A stretch of DNA of 64,000 bases, from positions 44,330,001 to 44,394,000 of the forward strand of contig OZ024752.1 of the NCBI GenBank assembly GCA_964016885.1, in the 5' to 3' direction. The number at the start of each line of letters is the position of its first letter. Position 1 is the first letter of the stretch. Positions 40,909-53,019 of the stretch are shown here, one piece after another. Origin of the DNA: Eledone cirrhosa. Its lineage: Eukaryota. The notes beneath the pieces are model-generated. The model worked only from the letters and a program-made list of their open reading frames with translations, made no database searches and was not told the DNA's origin. A program made the translations under genes and the position numbers.

Positions 40909-41561
40909 GAAACAGAGGTGGGTTTTTTCCAGATTGGTATCAAAAGGGTTAAAGACTGAAATTAATCCAAATAGTCATAATTAAATATTGTCAGACACTG
41001 ATTATAGCCTTTATATATTTGTCACTGTACTACTAAATTGATGATGATGATGATAACTGTGGTTGATACTATTACTAATAGATTTACTACTGTAATTCTA
41101 CTATTTTGTTCTACCAATGAGGATAAACATTTTTTAGAATATTCACATTCCAACATCCTTTCAATTGTTTGTAATTAGAGCTTTTCAATCAGTTCTCTCT
41201 CTCTCTCTCTCTCCAGCATCTAATCCATCTATAAAATGACCCAGATTTATCCACCATTTTCTAACATTGCATCCTTGTTACCAACTTGCTTATCAATCCT
41301 AGTAAATGGCTTGCTTGCAATTTTAGCAGCAGTTCACTTACTGCCAACTTTGACAGTTCAATATCTGCTTCAGATCAACAAGAGAGAGAGTATATCTTCG
41401 AACTTTGCTTCTCATCCACTCATCTTGAAAAGGTTTCAATGGTGGTGGTGGTGGTGATGGTGTTGGTGGTGGTGATGGTGGTGGTGGTGGTGGTGATGGT
41501 GGTGGTGGTGGTGGTGGTGGTGGTGTTGGTGATGATTTCTCTACATTATTGTCACATTTAA

Positions 41562-41757
41562 GGATGGTGGATTGGCAGAATCGGTAGAGTGTTGGATGCC
41601 ATGCTTTGCAACATAGAGTTACAACCCTTTACGGTCTGGCTTCAAATCTTGCTGAGGTTAACTTTGCCTTTCATCCTTCCGGGGTTGATAAAATGAAGTA
41701 CCAGTAATACACTGGGGGTAATTGCTGGCCTTGTGCCAAAAGTAGAAACAATCATTA
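41562..41757 (+). mobile_element. tRNA-derived SINE
   Basis: Full-length homologue of 20050-20240, with the flanking direct repeat tcacatttaa. Confidence 0.88.
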
Positions 41758-41851
41758 TCACATTTAACTTTGCTTTATTTTGTTTTCTCTTTGTTTTTGT
41801 TTTAAATGTTGGCCTAAGTTAGATAAATCTTTAGTAAATCCTTTTTCCATC

Positions 41852-42110
41852 TTAACCCTTTCATGACCACATTTCTAATGAAATACTCTCTAGTTTAATT
41901 AATTAATGAAGAATTTTGAACAATTTACCAAAATTATGAATTATTTCATTACAGTAACCTAATGTAAGGTTCTTGTATATAATTATGTTTTCTTATATAT
42001 AATTATGTTTAATTATGTTGGAAGATTTTGATTTAAATTGAAAACCTTTAAAATGGGTGATTTTATTTCATAGAACCAGGGCTGGTTATGGCTGGGTTGG
42101 TAACTAAACA
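41852..42110 (+). mobile_element. Second TTAA-type MITE family
   Basis: Starts TTAA|ccctttcatgacc. The body aligns with 35420-35605 (gttggaagatttt...aaaatgggtgattttatttca). Confidence 0.6.
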
Positions 42111-43044
42111 TCACTTTATCCATAAAGGAAGTAAATATTTAATGTAAAACCTGTTAGCAATTTTAAATTAAAAGAAAACTTTTCAGACATCACTTCATTA
42201 GCTTTTAATTTTAATTATTTATTTTCAAAAGAATCATTGTAATATTTATTAAATGTATGGGAATAAATGTAACAGAAATGTTATTGAAGAATAAAGGAAA
42301 GAATTCAGCCAAGTCATCATCATCACCACCACCACCATCATCATGACCACCACCACCATGACCACCACCACCACCACCACCACCATCATCATCATCATGA
42401 CCACCACCACCATCATTGCCACTTCCACCACCATCATCACCATCATGATCATGATGATGATCATCATCATCAGATGATGTTGGCCTGTTCCTTTTTTTGG
42501 ATACCTGTCACCTTTGTTCAGAAAAAGGGTTTGGTCCAGTGCAATATATATCATCATCATCATCATCATGTGTCGCTTTTCAAGGTGTGACAGATCCTAT
42601 TCAGCATCTCTCCATTCGTCACAGTCCTTTGTCAATCAATATATATATATATGTGTGTGTATATATATGTGTATATATGTGTGTACACAAACACATGTAT
42701 GAAATGTTTCTATATATAGTTGTACCTGATTTACATATGTAGTTAGATAATGTCTTAATATATGGAAAATAGTTTTTAATTTATTCAAATACTTCAAATT
42801 GATTTTTTCTACCTGGAGAATATAGCATTGTATTAAATACTAATAATGTTATTGATTATATATATTTATTCTAAGCAATATACAGCAAATATTGAATATA
42901 CGAAAGATTTTCATATATTTTCTTGGCTATCAAGTTGATTTTGTCAGATTGTTCATTAAACATAATAGTTAATATTTTCATTAAAAAGTTAATAGAAAAT
43001 AATGTAAATTGCTTTTACATGTGTGTGTGTGTCTACTGATTTTA

Positions 43045-43075
<31 letters not shown>

Positions 43076-44464
43076 CTACTGATTTTATGCATGTGTGTGT
43101 ATACTGATATATGCATGTCTGTGTGTGTGTATACTGATATATGCATGCGTGTATATGCTTGTATGCGTGTGTATGTATATATATGTGTACATACTGATAT
43201 ATAATCAAACCTACACTTGTCTTTATTTCCATTGCTAAGTCTTTCATAGTTTCTCTACTTTCTAAAAATATTCTCTCTTCCACCAAGTGAAATTACTTAG
43301 AAATAGTTACTTTATTATTATTGTTATCTACATGTTATTATTATTATTATTATCTACATGTAGTTTGTGCTTTAAGCACAATATTTAGACGGGTTGCTTC
43401 ATAAATAATCAAATTAAATATTCTTCTGGTTAACAAAAGATAGTCTAGTTATAAAAGCTGACCAACTGAAGATATTTCCATTATGTGGTTTTATATAAAA
43501 GTTGGACAGATGCCCATTCCATTTTCATATGATTCTTCACCTAATTATAAAGAATTCTCTTGTCTTCACCTGCCAATTTTCCCAAATCTATCCTAACCAT
43601 ATGCTACTATGATGAAGTATCATCCCTCTAGCAATATTTCTCTTATCTCCTTAACGATACAGTATTGCTCTGTTACAGTTCCTGGTTCTCGTCTCATCTG
43701 ATAATCTCAGCTGACTCTCCTTTTTCTTACTGTTAATGATATTTCTACCATATCACAGCTACTTGCTAGTTAACGAGAATCAAGGCGCCACCTTGTGCTC
43801 AACTAATGAATTATGTTACATTAAATAATTGCCTGGTGTCAGTCTTCTACGAACATTTCTAGATTATTTATTTATTTATTCATTCTTTTTATTTGTTTAT
43901 TTTATTATTATTATTTTTATTTATTTTTTCCATTTTCCTCTTCAAGACACATGTTTGGTGTTAGGAAGCATGACAGCTGTTGGTGCTGTGCCATATAATT
44001 GAAGCCTGATAACAGAGAATGATATGTCTTTGACACTAGATGAGCTTTCCTTGTCCTTCTCCATTATATATTCCTTCTCAGGAATGTTTGCCATGACAAC
44101 TCATTCTCCGACATCTTAATTTCCTACTTTTGGAATGTGATGTATTCTCAGGAAACATCTTAAACTCTCCACCATCAATTTTTCCTTACTTCACTATTCC
44201 ACGTTGACTTGGATCAACTATTTGCTAGTCTGCAATTTCCATAGAAAATAACCAATTAATGAATACCTTCAAACCGTAAATTTCTTCTAGTCATCTTCTC
44301 GGGTTTAATTAATATAAAGGTTTACTAATTAGATGTGATTCCAGCTGTCAGCAAATATAATTAACTGATTTGAAAGTTACCTTTGAATAGTTACAATGAG
44401 TAAAAGTAGAAATAATGGGTTCGATTCCTGCGTTGTGTTGTGTTCCATACAATCTCCCATAATT

Positions 44465-44815
44465 CTCAGCTTGTTTATGCTCACTTCCCTTCTTTCTAGT
44501 CTTAATGAATCATCTACATTCATAGCCATTATTATACTACTGTATAGTATGGTGCATCATACGATCTAGCCTTCGCTCTAACAGAGAAACCCTTTGTTAC
44601 CGACAGAGGTAATAGCTCCTTAAACATGTACCATTAACTAGCTACTCTGAACCATCACCTCCACTGCTAATAAGGTCACCTAGGTAATAAAAGCTATCAA
44701 CTACTTTGATTCTATCTCATGTACTTTTAGTGTTAACTCCTGTACATCTACTACGTATTAAATCTTTGTTACCCTGCCTCTAATCCTACTACACCTCTCC
44801 TGTGTCCATAATTTA
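44465..44815 (-). mobile_element. Decayed RTE-clade LINE reverse-transcriptase/thumb fragment
   Basis: Minus-strand pieces separated by stops and frameshifts: VVDSFYYLGDLISSGGDGSE*, WYMFKELLPLSVTKGFSVRAKARSYDA and AMNVDDSLRLERREVS. These match the RTE VxxFxYLG...W..F.EL...K..LY pattern. Confidence 0.75.
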
Positions 44816-45341
44816 CACTATTATGCTGAACAAAGTCAGCCTTTATTAGTAAATTCTTCCACATCAGCTAATTTTTACTTAAAGCAACATATTTTCTTTC
44901 TTCTTTGACATTTCTGTCAAAATCAAACCATATTCTTCTGAAATTTAACAGCTTTGGAATATTAAACTACAATATTCTGTTAGAATGGGAGTGTCTGCTG
45001 TAATTAAGCATCATTAAGGAATATTTATTGCCTTATTATTAGTCTCTTGAGTACTGTTAATTAAAATAATGTTTGACAGATATTCCAGCTATGTCAGAAT
45101 ATATACACAAGTCAGAGCTGTGTGGTGAAGATGTTTGTTTAGCAACCATTTGGTGTTGGCTTTCATTCAACTACTTCACACCTGGGAAAGTGTACCTTCT
45201 ACTGTAGCCTAGGGCTCACTGTGTGCTTGTATGCATATGTATGTATATATGCGTCTCTCTATATATATAGATAGATGTAGATATATGCATATGTATATAT
45301 ATCATCATCATTCATCATATATATATATAGTTAATAAATGA

Positions 45342-45412
<71 letters not shown>

Positions 45413-45543
45413 GTGAGGTTTTTTTTACAAAATGAAAAATAACCGAGGTGTCCTACACGAGTGAAAGTATAAAGAAAAAGAGATGAAATCGAAAATGCAA
45501 CTGGAGTCTTATTTTTTTTAAAAATATATATATTTATTTGGTT

Positions 45544-45581
45544 CCTTTACTGGTTTCGCAGTTCTTCTGCTTTTCAAAAGG
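45544..45581 (-). ncRNA. Minimal hammerhead motif (U3-A8 variant), sense copy of element D
   Basis: The minus strand reads CCUU UUGAAAA GCAG-aagaa-CUGC GAAA C-ca-G UA AAGG, followed by aaccAAATAAA. Confidence 0.6.
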
Positions 45582-45653
45582 TGAGTTGAGATGGAGGGTC
45601 TGTGGTTTTTTTCACATCTGTGAGAAAAACCACAGACCCTCCATCTCAACTCA

Positions 45654-45691
45654 CCTTTTGAAAAGCAGAAGAACTGCGAAACCAGTAAAGG
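45654..45691 (+). ncRNA. Minimal hammerhead motif (U3-A8 variant), inverted copy of element D
   Basis: cctt ttgaaaa gcag aagaa ctgc gaaa ccag ta aagg, with AATAAA at 45697-45702. Confidence 0.6.
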
Positions 45692-45767
45692 AACCAAATA
45701 AATATATATATTTAAAAAAAAAATAAGACTCCAGTTGCATTTTCGATTTCATTTCTTCTTCTTTATT

Positions 45768-45823
<56 letters not shown>

Positions 45824-46293
45824 ATATACAGTTATGTGTGTGTGTATCTATGTGTTTGTGAGTGTATCTGCATCCATAAAGCAGTGTTTTATACCACCCT
45901 GCCGTGGGGCTTCACTACCAAATAAGGTGTGGGTTCCCTTACATTTCAAATATTGCCCCCCCCCCCCCCCCCCCCCAACTTCAAGATGTAGGTTTCGCAG
46001 AATTAGAATACTTTGAGTTCTTTTCTCTGCTCTCAGAATGTTCTTCTCGTAGTCTACCAACCTAGAGACATTATCCTTGGGGTTTTAGTCTACCAACCTT
46101 GATAGGTTATGCTCGGGGTTTTATACAAATATTAAAGTGAATAGTCAACAATTAGTCAAAATCTGAATTTACTAAACTGAAACATTTCACAGAAAGAAGA
46201 GAACACAAATGAGAACCAAATACAACTTTAGTATGTTAGAAATTTATTTACAATACTTTAGTTACTAATATATTCACTTTATATACATAATGG

Positions 46294-47295
46294 TCACACT
46301 GATTGTATGTGTGAGTGTGGAACGGAGCCAACAGTTTGTGAACTTGTTGGTAACTGTCCCTTTCTACGTTGGTACTGAACTCCAGTGAACTCATGATGTG
46401 CCTCAGCAAGGTCTTTAAAACACTGGTATTTCACAGCACCATCAACAAGTTCTGCAACATAAGGAAAGTTCTGGAAAGCTCTGTTCTTTAACAGGTGGTA
46501 TAAAACTCGTCTATTTAGCATTGGATATCGAATATTGGCTAAAATGTCCTGAATTTTCGATTTGTCTTGAAGTTTATTGTCTTTCATCCATCCAGTGGCA
46601 GCACTGAGGATGCAGTCCTCGTCTGCATTTATATCATCACTCTGGATCAAGTCCCGAACCATTTCCCATGAACACGAAGACCAAAGCTTACTGCATGACA
46701 ACTGAGTAAAACATACACATAAAACCTGGAATGCTTGGGATCGGATTTGAGCTGGCATAATGTTAGATTCATATAAACTACTGACTATTTCAATACTGAA
46801 GCTGGCTGTGCCATATCCATATTGTATAGTCTTTTCAAGAATCTGCATTATATAATTTTCACAGTGGCTTATAAGAGGCCATACAGAATACTCGACAGCC
46901 AGCCGATATAATGGTACTACATATTCCCGGTGTAACCACACTGCTCCACTATAGAGAAAATATAGAAATCGGCTGAAAATTTGAACACAGTCTGCATCAA
47001 CATGCAGTTTAAGTATTAGGCGAGGGCCGTCATCTACTGCTGTAAGTTGGTTTAATAGCCGAGTAAAAACCTCACTTTTCATGCCAAGGATCATTTTGTG
47101 AGCATTGAAGGTAAGTTCCCCTTCGTTGATATTAAGCAACACATCACTGAGGGCTTCACTATCAAACAACGACTCAAAAGATTGAGTTGTTTTACACTTG
47201 CGAGTACTATCGCCATCTTCATTGACATCAAGTACACCAGCAGATGGAGGTTTGGTGGGATCAGGATACTCCACTTGAGCACTGTATCTTCTCAT
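46294..47295 (-). CDS. BTB/POZ + BACK domain protein (BTBD17-like architecture), 333 aa, single coding exon
   Basis: BTB hallmarks SDVLLNI...FNAHKMILGMKSEVF...IFSRFLYFLYSG. BACK hallmarks LIQSDDINADEDCILSAATGW...ILANIRYPML. ATG context accATG with an in-frame TAG four codons upstream. Acceptor ttttcag| precedes exon start 47370, and minus-strand AATAAA lies at 46243-46248. Confidence 0.93.
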   Translation of the reverse strand: MRRYSAQVEYPDPTKPPSAGVLDVNEDGDSTRKCKTTQSFESLFDSEALSDVLLNINEGELTFNAHKMILGMKSEVFTRLLNQLTAVDDGPRLILKLHVDADCVQIFSRFLYFLYSGAVWLHREYVVPLYRLAVEYSVWPLISHCENYIMQILEKTIQYGYGTASFSIEIVSSLYESNIMPAQIRSQAFQVLCVCFTQLSCSKLWSSCSWEMVRDLIQSDDINADEDCILSAATGWMKDNKLQDKSKIQDILANIRYPMLNRRVLYHLLKNRAFQNFPYVAELVDGAVKYQCFKDLAEAHHEFTGVQYQRRKGQLPTSSQTVGSVPHSHIQSV

Positions 47296-49177
47296 GGTCT
47301 GCCGCTAGTCTCTCCACCATTGTATTCCACTTGAGGGTTTAGGTCATTGTTGGCCCACCACTTTACACAACTGAAAATTTAATTAGAAAAAGAAAAGAAA
47401 AACATCTTTGTAATTAAACAGAAACACATTTGTTTCAAATAGATACAATTAAAGATCCTGTATAAAAACGACCTAAGTTTCATAAGATTTAGAATTTTAG
47501 TCTTCAATTCATAAAAAACAGTTTTACATGAAAACTGTTTTATAAAAGTTATAATTAATTAATTTGTTAATTCTTTCAACCCGTCTTTACAATAATTATT
47601 TAATTTATTCAACGTTTTTATTTAGAAAAGTGAACTGTCTCACCAACTGAAATAGATATTAACAAATAATAAGATTGTTATATTTCTTTCTTAAAAGAAG
47701 TTTTCAGTAATGTTATCACATGCCCTGCTCTGTAGATCGTTAAATTTCATGAAAGTCAATTTCAGAATAAAAGCCATTAACATAACACCAATAAAAACTA
47801 TTATTGTAAGTGGTCCTCCTGTAAGGTGTTACAACCAACTCACACAATTCTGATGTGGACTTCTTCTTCTTCTTCTTCCTCTCGTCCAACCATAAATTCT
47901 TTATCAACAATTAAGAAGCAGTTTTTATTTAAGACCCCCCCCCCCTCTATATATTAACATCTCAGTTGGAAGTATGATAAACATACATATTATTATTATT
48001 ATTATTATTCCCTCAGGTAGGCCTCACACCTACAGAAATAGCCAGGTGTCATACAATATGGTTATATGAAATACCTTATGCAACATTAACTACATAATAA
48101 CAGGTGTATTTACCTAGTTACCTCGTATAGATATAGGTGTAGTTATTAGAATAATATACCTTAACACACACACACCTTAACACACAAACACACACACCCC
48201 TTAACAGAGGCACACACACCTTAACACACACACACCTTAACAGACAGACACACACACACCTTAACAGTAGCACACAGACACACACCTTAACAGAAGCACA
48301 CACACACACACACCTTAACAGAGAAAGACACACACACACACCTTAACAGAAGCACACAGACACACACACCTTAACAGAGACACACACACACATATATGGA
48401 TATTATCAACTCTAATATTACATAATATCTGCTATAGAAACCTCCCATGTAAAGTATATTTAACATTTAAATATTGCGGAAAATTAGACTAAAATTTAAA
48501 TTGAATTTTTCGTTTATAATTCTATAAGTAAAATAATTTTATTGCTTATATATTTAACATTAAATATATATATATATAATAGAAGGAAAAAAATATAATA
48601 TAAATAATATAATATAATATAATATATATATATATAGAATATATAATATCAAATATATAATATAATATCAAATATATAATATAATATATAAAATATATAT
48701 AATATAATATAATATATAAAATAAATATATAATATAAAATATAATATTGAGATTATTTGGGGGTGATTATCAAACACATTTCTTACTGAATGTAAACATT
48801 GTGTGTTTTGTTTTTAGTAAATGAAGTTTATTAATATAACAGCCAGAACACCTAGGCTGTATTTCTCCTCCTATCTCTTTATATCAGCAGTTGGAAGTTG
48901 TCATGGCAACTGTACTAAATTTAAAGGAAATAAATGTGAATATATTTCAGTATTGGAAATGTTGTGAGTGTGGAAACTGTTATAAAAGAAATGTCCCAGA
49001 TATAGATAATGGCATGTTTAAAACAAATAGAAACATGGACAGTTATTCAATTATCTCAACAATAATGTGTAAATCTTTTAAGTGGGTGAAATATACACAT
49101 ATATATGTATACACACACACATATATATATATATGTGCATGTATATATATTTATAATGACAATAGGAAAGACATTAC

Positions 49178-49322
49178 CTTAAGCTGTGTGAAGAAGACAG
49201 TTGTCTCAATCTAATTTTTGTCTCCAATAGAACCACATAGCAGTCTTCTGACTGGCCACTGCCTGATTACTGCTACTGAAGCTACTGCTGCTGCTGTTGT
49301 TACCTTCAACTTAACACTAAAG
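49178..49322 (-). other. Candidate 5' UTR exon of the BTB-BACK gene
   Basis: Minus strand: acceptor ctccttctttatag|, 145 nt, donor aag|gtaatg. Confidence 0.4.
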
Positions 49323-49439
49323 CTATAAAGAAGGAGTTGTACTGGATATGGTGGTGGTGGGGTGGAGTGAAGTGAAAGAGAAGTGTCTTTATTGGTTAAC
49401 TGTGACAAGAAAGCTGCTTGACTCAGACCAGTGGAGCCC

Positions 49440-49934
49440 TGTCTCCTATGTCCCCCAGGTAGATAGCAGCCAACTGGAGCCATGTCTATGTCCCCCCAGG
49501 TAGATAGCAGTCAACTGGAGCCATGTCTATGTCCCCCCAGGTAGATAGCAGTCAACTGGAGCCATGTCTATGTCCCCCCAGGTAGATAGCAGTCAACTGG
49601 AGCCATGTCTATGTCCCCCCAGGTAGATAGCAGTCAACTGGAGCCATGTCTATGTCCCCCCAGGTAGATAGCAGTCAACTGGAGCCATGTCTATGTCCCC
49701 CCAGGTAGATAGCAGTCAACTGGAGCCATGTCTATGTCCCCCCAGGTAGATAGCAGCCAACTGGAGCCACGTCTATGTCCCCCCAGGTAGATAGCAGTCA
49801 ACTGGAGCCACGTCTATGTCCCCCCAGGTAGATAGCAGCCAACTGGAGCCATGTCTATGTCCCCCCAGGTAGATAGCAGCCAACTGGAGCCACGTCTATG
49901 TCCCCCCCAGGTAGATAGCAGCCAACTGGAGCCA
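49440..49934. repeat. 41-bp minisatellite, about 12 copies
   Basis: Unit tgtctatgtccccccaggtagatagcagtcaactggagcca. Confidence 0.95.
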
Positions 49935-50569
49935 GACAGATGTGCTTGACCAGCTCAGTATCTGCAGCTTTGTCCTATGTCAGCTTCATTACTTCAGTAT
50001 GTTGTAGACAAAGATAGAAGTACTGGTAGTTTATATAACAGAATTAAAGGGGTGAGAGTGAGAGGTGATAGAAAGTAGTTCAGTATTGACCACCTTAACA
50101 GAGGAATCTTTGTCTTAGAAGACTACCGGGGTTGGGGGCTGGGGGCAGTAAAACAACTCCTTCTTGTATCTTGTGTGTGTATATATATATATATACACAC
50201 ACAAGATACAAGAACAACTCCTTCTTGTATCTTGTGTGTGTGTGTATATATATATACACACACACACATATATGCATTTATGTGTATACATGTGTGTATG
50301 TATACATATTCTTTCAGAACATCTTGCAGGTGTATTATTTAGCTACCATTATTGTATTGTTCTGTGACTACTCCCATGTATATAGATGTTATATAAAAGC
50401 ATAATTCTCAAACAAATAGGGTCCCGACATTTTGGTGAATAAAATATTCTTTATTAATCAATGAAATAATTTCTGTGGAGAAGATTAATTTACCAACATT
50501 TCTTTTACTGGCCAAACTCCCAGTGGGGCTTATAATTCAGAAATATTTCACACTATAATATATATATGT

Positions 50570-50658
50570 ATATATATATAGAAAGAGAAATATATAAAAT
50601 ATATATAGAAAGAGAAATATATAAAATATGTAGAGGGAGAGACATATAATATATATGT

Positions 50659-50693
<35 letters not shown>

Positions 50694-51363
50694 ATATGTA
50701 GAGAGAGAGAGAGAGACATATATAATATATAATATATATGTAGAGAGAGAGAGAGACATATATAATATATATGTAGAGAGAGAGAGAGACATATATAATA
50801 TATATGTAGAGAGAAAGAGAGACATATATAATATATATGTAGAGAGAAAGAGAGACATATATAATATATATGTAGAGAGAGAGACATATATAATATATAT
50901 GTAGAGAGAGAGAGACATATAATATATATGCAGAGAGAGAGAGAGAGAGAGAAATATATGTAGAGAGATAAATATATAATATATGTAGAGATATATAATA
51001 TATGTAGAGAGAGAAATATATAATATATATGTAGTGGGAGAGACATATATAATATATATGTAGAGAGAGAGACATATATAATATATATGTAGTGGGAGAG
51101 ACATATATAATATATATGTAGAGAGAGAGACATATATAATATGTATGTAGAGAGAGAGAGAGACATATATAATATGTATGTAGAGAGAGAGAGAGACATA
51201 TATAATATATATGTAGAGAGAGAGACATATATAATATATATGTAGAGAGAGAGACATATATAATATATATGTAGTGGGAGAGACATATATAATATATATG
51301 TAGAGAGAGAGAGAGACATATAATATATATGTAGAGAGAGAAATATATAAAATATGTAGAGAC
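50570..51363. repeat. Compound (TA)/(GA) minisatellite
   Basis: Unit approximately catatataatatatatgta(ga)n. Confidence 0.9.
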
Positions 51364-51402
51364 AAAGCAAGCTGCGTTTATGAAACAGTGAGTGAAGTTT
51401 GA

Positions 51403-51840
51403 AAATAAAGTAGAGATGTATGGTTATATTTGACTAAATAAAGTAGAGATGTCTGGTTATATTTGACTAAATAAAGTAGAGATGTCTGGTTATATTTGAC
51501 TAAATAAAGTAGAGATGTCTGGTTATATTTGACTAAATAAAGTAGAGATGTCTGGTTATATTTGACTAAATAAAGTAGAGATGTCTGGTTATATTTGACT
51601 AAATAAAGTAGAGATGTATGGTTATATTTGACTAAATAAAGTAGAGATGTATGGTTATATTTGACTAAATAAAGTAGAGATGTATGGTTATATTTGACTA
51701 AATAAAGTAGAGATGTATGGTTATATTTGACTAAATAAAGTAGAGATGTATGGTTATATTTGACTAAATAAAGTAGAGATGTATGGTTATATTTGACTAA
51801 ATAAAGTAGAGATGTATGGTTATATTTGACTAAATAAAGT
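51403..51840. repeat. 33-bp minisatellite, about 13 copies
   Basis: Unit aaataaagtagagatgt(a/c)tggttatatttgact. Confidence 0.95.
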
Positions 51841-52279
51841 TAGTCTGATAGGGATTTAAAAAAACTCTCTCAATGGTGTCCAATCAATGGAGCAGCCTAC
51901 ACCTGAGATTAATTTGTTAAAGTTGCAGGACACAAACAACACTGGTTGCTAAACGGTGTAGGTGTAAACACACACACACCGCACCGCACCGCACCGCACA
52001 CATATATATAAGTATAAAGTTTTTGTTAATATATGTTTGATGATGTCTGGTAATATTCACCAGAAACTCTAAAAAGTTGTTGAATTGAGAAGAGTTTAAA
52101 CCCCCACAAAACCCACTGAAAAGTTTGCAAATGAGAAGAGAGACAGTAGGACAGGGGGCTAGTGAAGTAGGGGGCTTCTAATGTAAACAAACACAGGGGG
52201 GGGGGGGTAACAAGACAGAACAAACAATGTTGAAATAACTGCTAAGGAGTTGCAGAATAAACAAGTGGTCTATAACTGC

Positions 52280-52428
52280 TAGTAGTAGTAGTGGTGGTTG
52301 TAGTAGTAGTGGTGGTTGTAGTAGTAGTGGTGGTTGTAGTAGTAGTGGTGGTTGTAGTAGTGGTGGTTGTAGTAGTGGTGGTTGTAGTAGTAGTGGTGGT
52401 TGTAGTAGTAGTGGTGGTTGTAGTAGTA
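52280..52428. repeat. (TAG)n(TGG)nTTG compound repeat
   Basis: Directly visible. Confidence 0.9.
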
Positions 52429-53019
52429 CCTTTAAGGTAGGGAATTGGTCAAGTCATTAGAATGTCAGAATACTTTCAAGTATTTCAGTCCAGCTCTCTG
52501 TCTTGAGCTCAACTTTTGTCATTTCTGCTTTCGAGGTCAATAAAGGTATTTGTCCAAGACTGGGGTTAATTCTACCTCCCTCCTCCTCTCTCTCTGGAGA
52601 CAGAATGGGCTCTGCCATGTTTAAAGTGTTCAAGACACACATGTATCACAACGACACTCCTACGATTCTGGGTAGTGGTGGTGGTGGTGGGGGGGTTCTG
52701 GCTTTATACATACAATTACTTCTTCCGACCGTTTAAACTAAAATTACTGGAAGGTGTAGGTGGATTGTTGCTGTTGTGTAGACACAGAGACAGGTAGAGA
52801 TGTTCAATAGGCTGGGGACAATGGAAGTGTAGACTGTCATAAAATGAAGCAATCAGTCAAACAACATTCGATAGAGTGAGGGGACTGGAAGTGTTGATGG
52901 TGACTGTCAGACTAACAAATCAGTGGTGGTAGGTAAATTTGATAATCTTGTCATATTCATGTAAAGCATCATTAAACATATATTGATTGAGCTAGTAAAG
53001 ACTCTTTTCTTCTGGCTAG

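Larger units (their letters stand above)
45407..45766 (-). mobile_element. Fold-back plus tail element in (TA)n, family D, with a hammerhead motif in each arm
   Basis: 148-bp near-perfect arms at 45469-45616 and 45619-45766 with a 2-nt centre, and a 62-bp unpaired tail on the left (45407-45468). (TA)n on both sides. Confidence 0.85.

Noticed and set aside
43480-43700. Possible LINE endonuclease relic (also about 18650-18960)
   Set aside because: Too decayed to translate convincingly by eye. It would need a TBLASTN or RepeatMasker hit.
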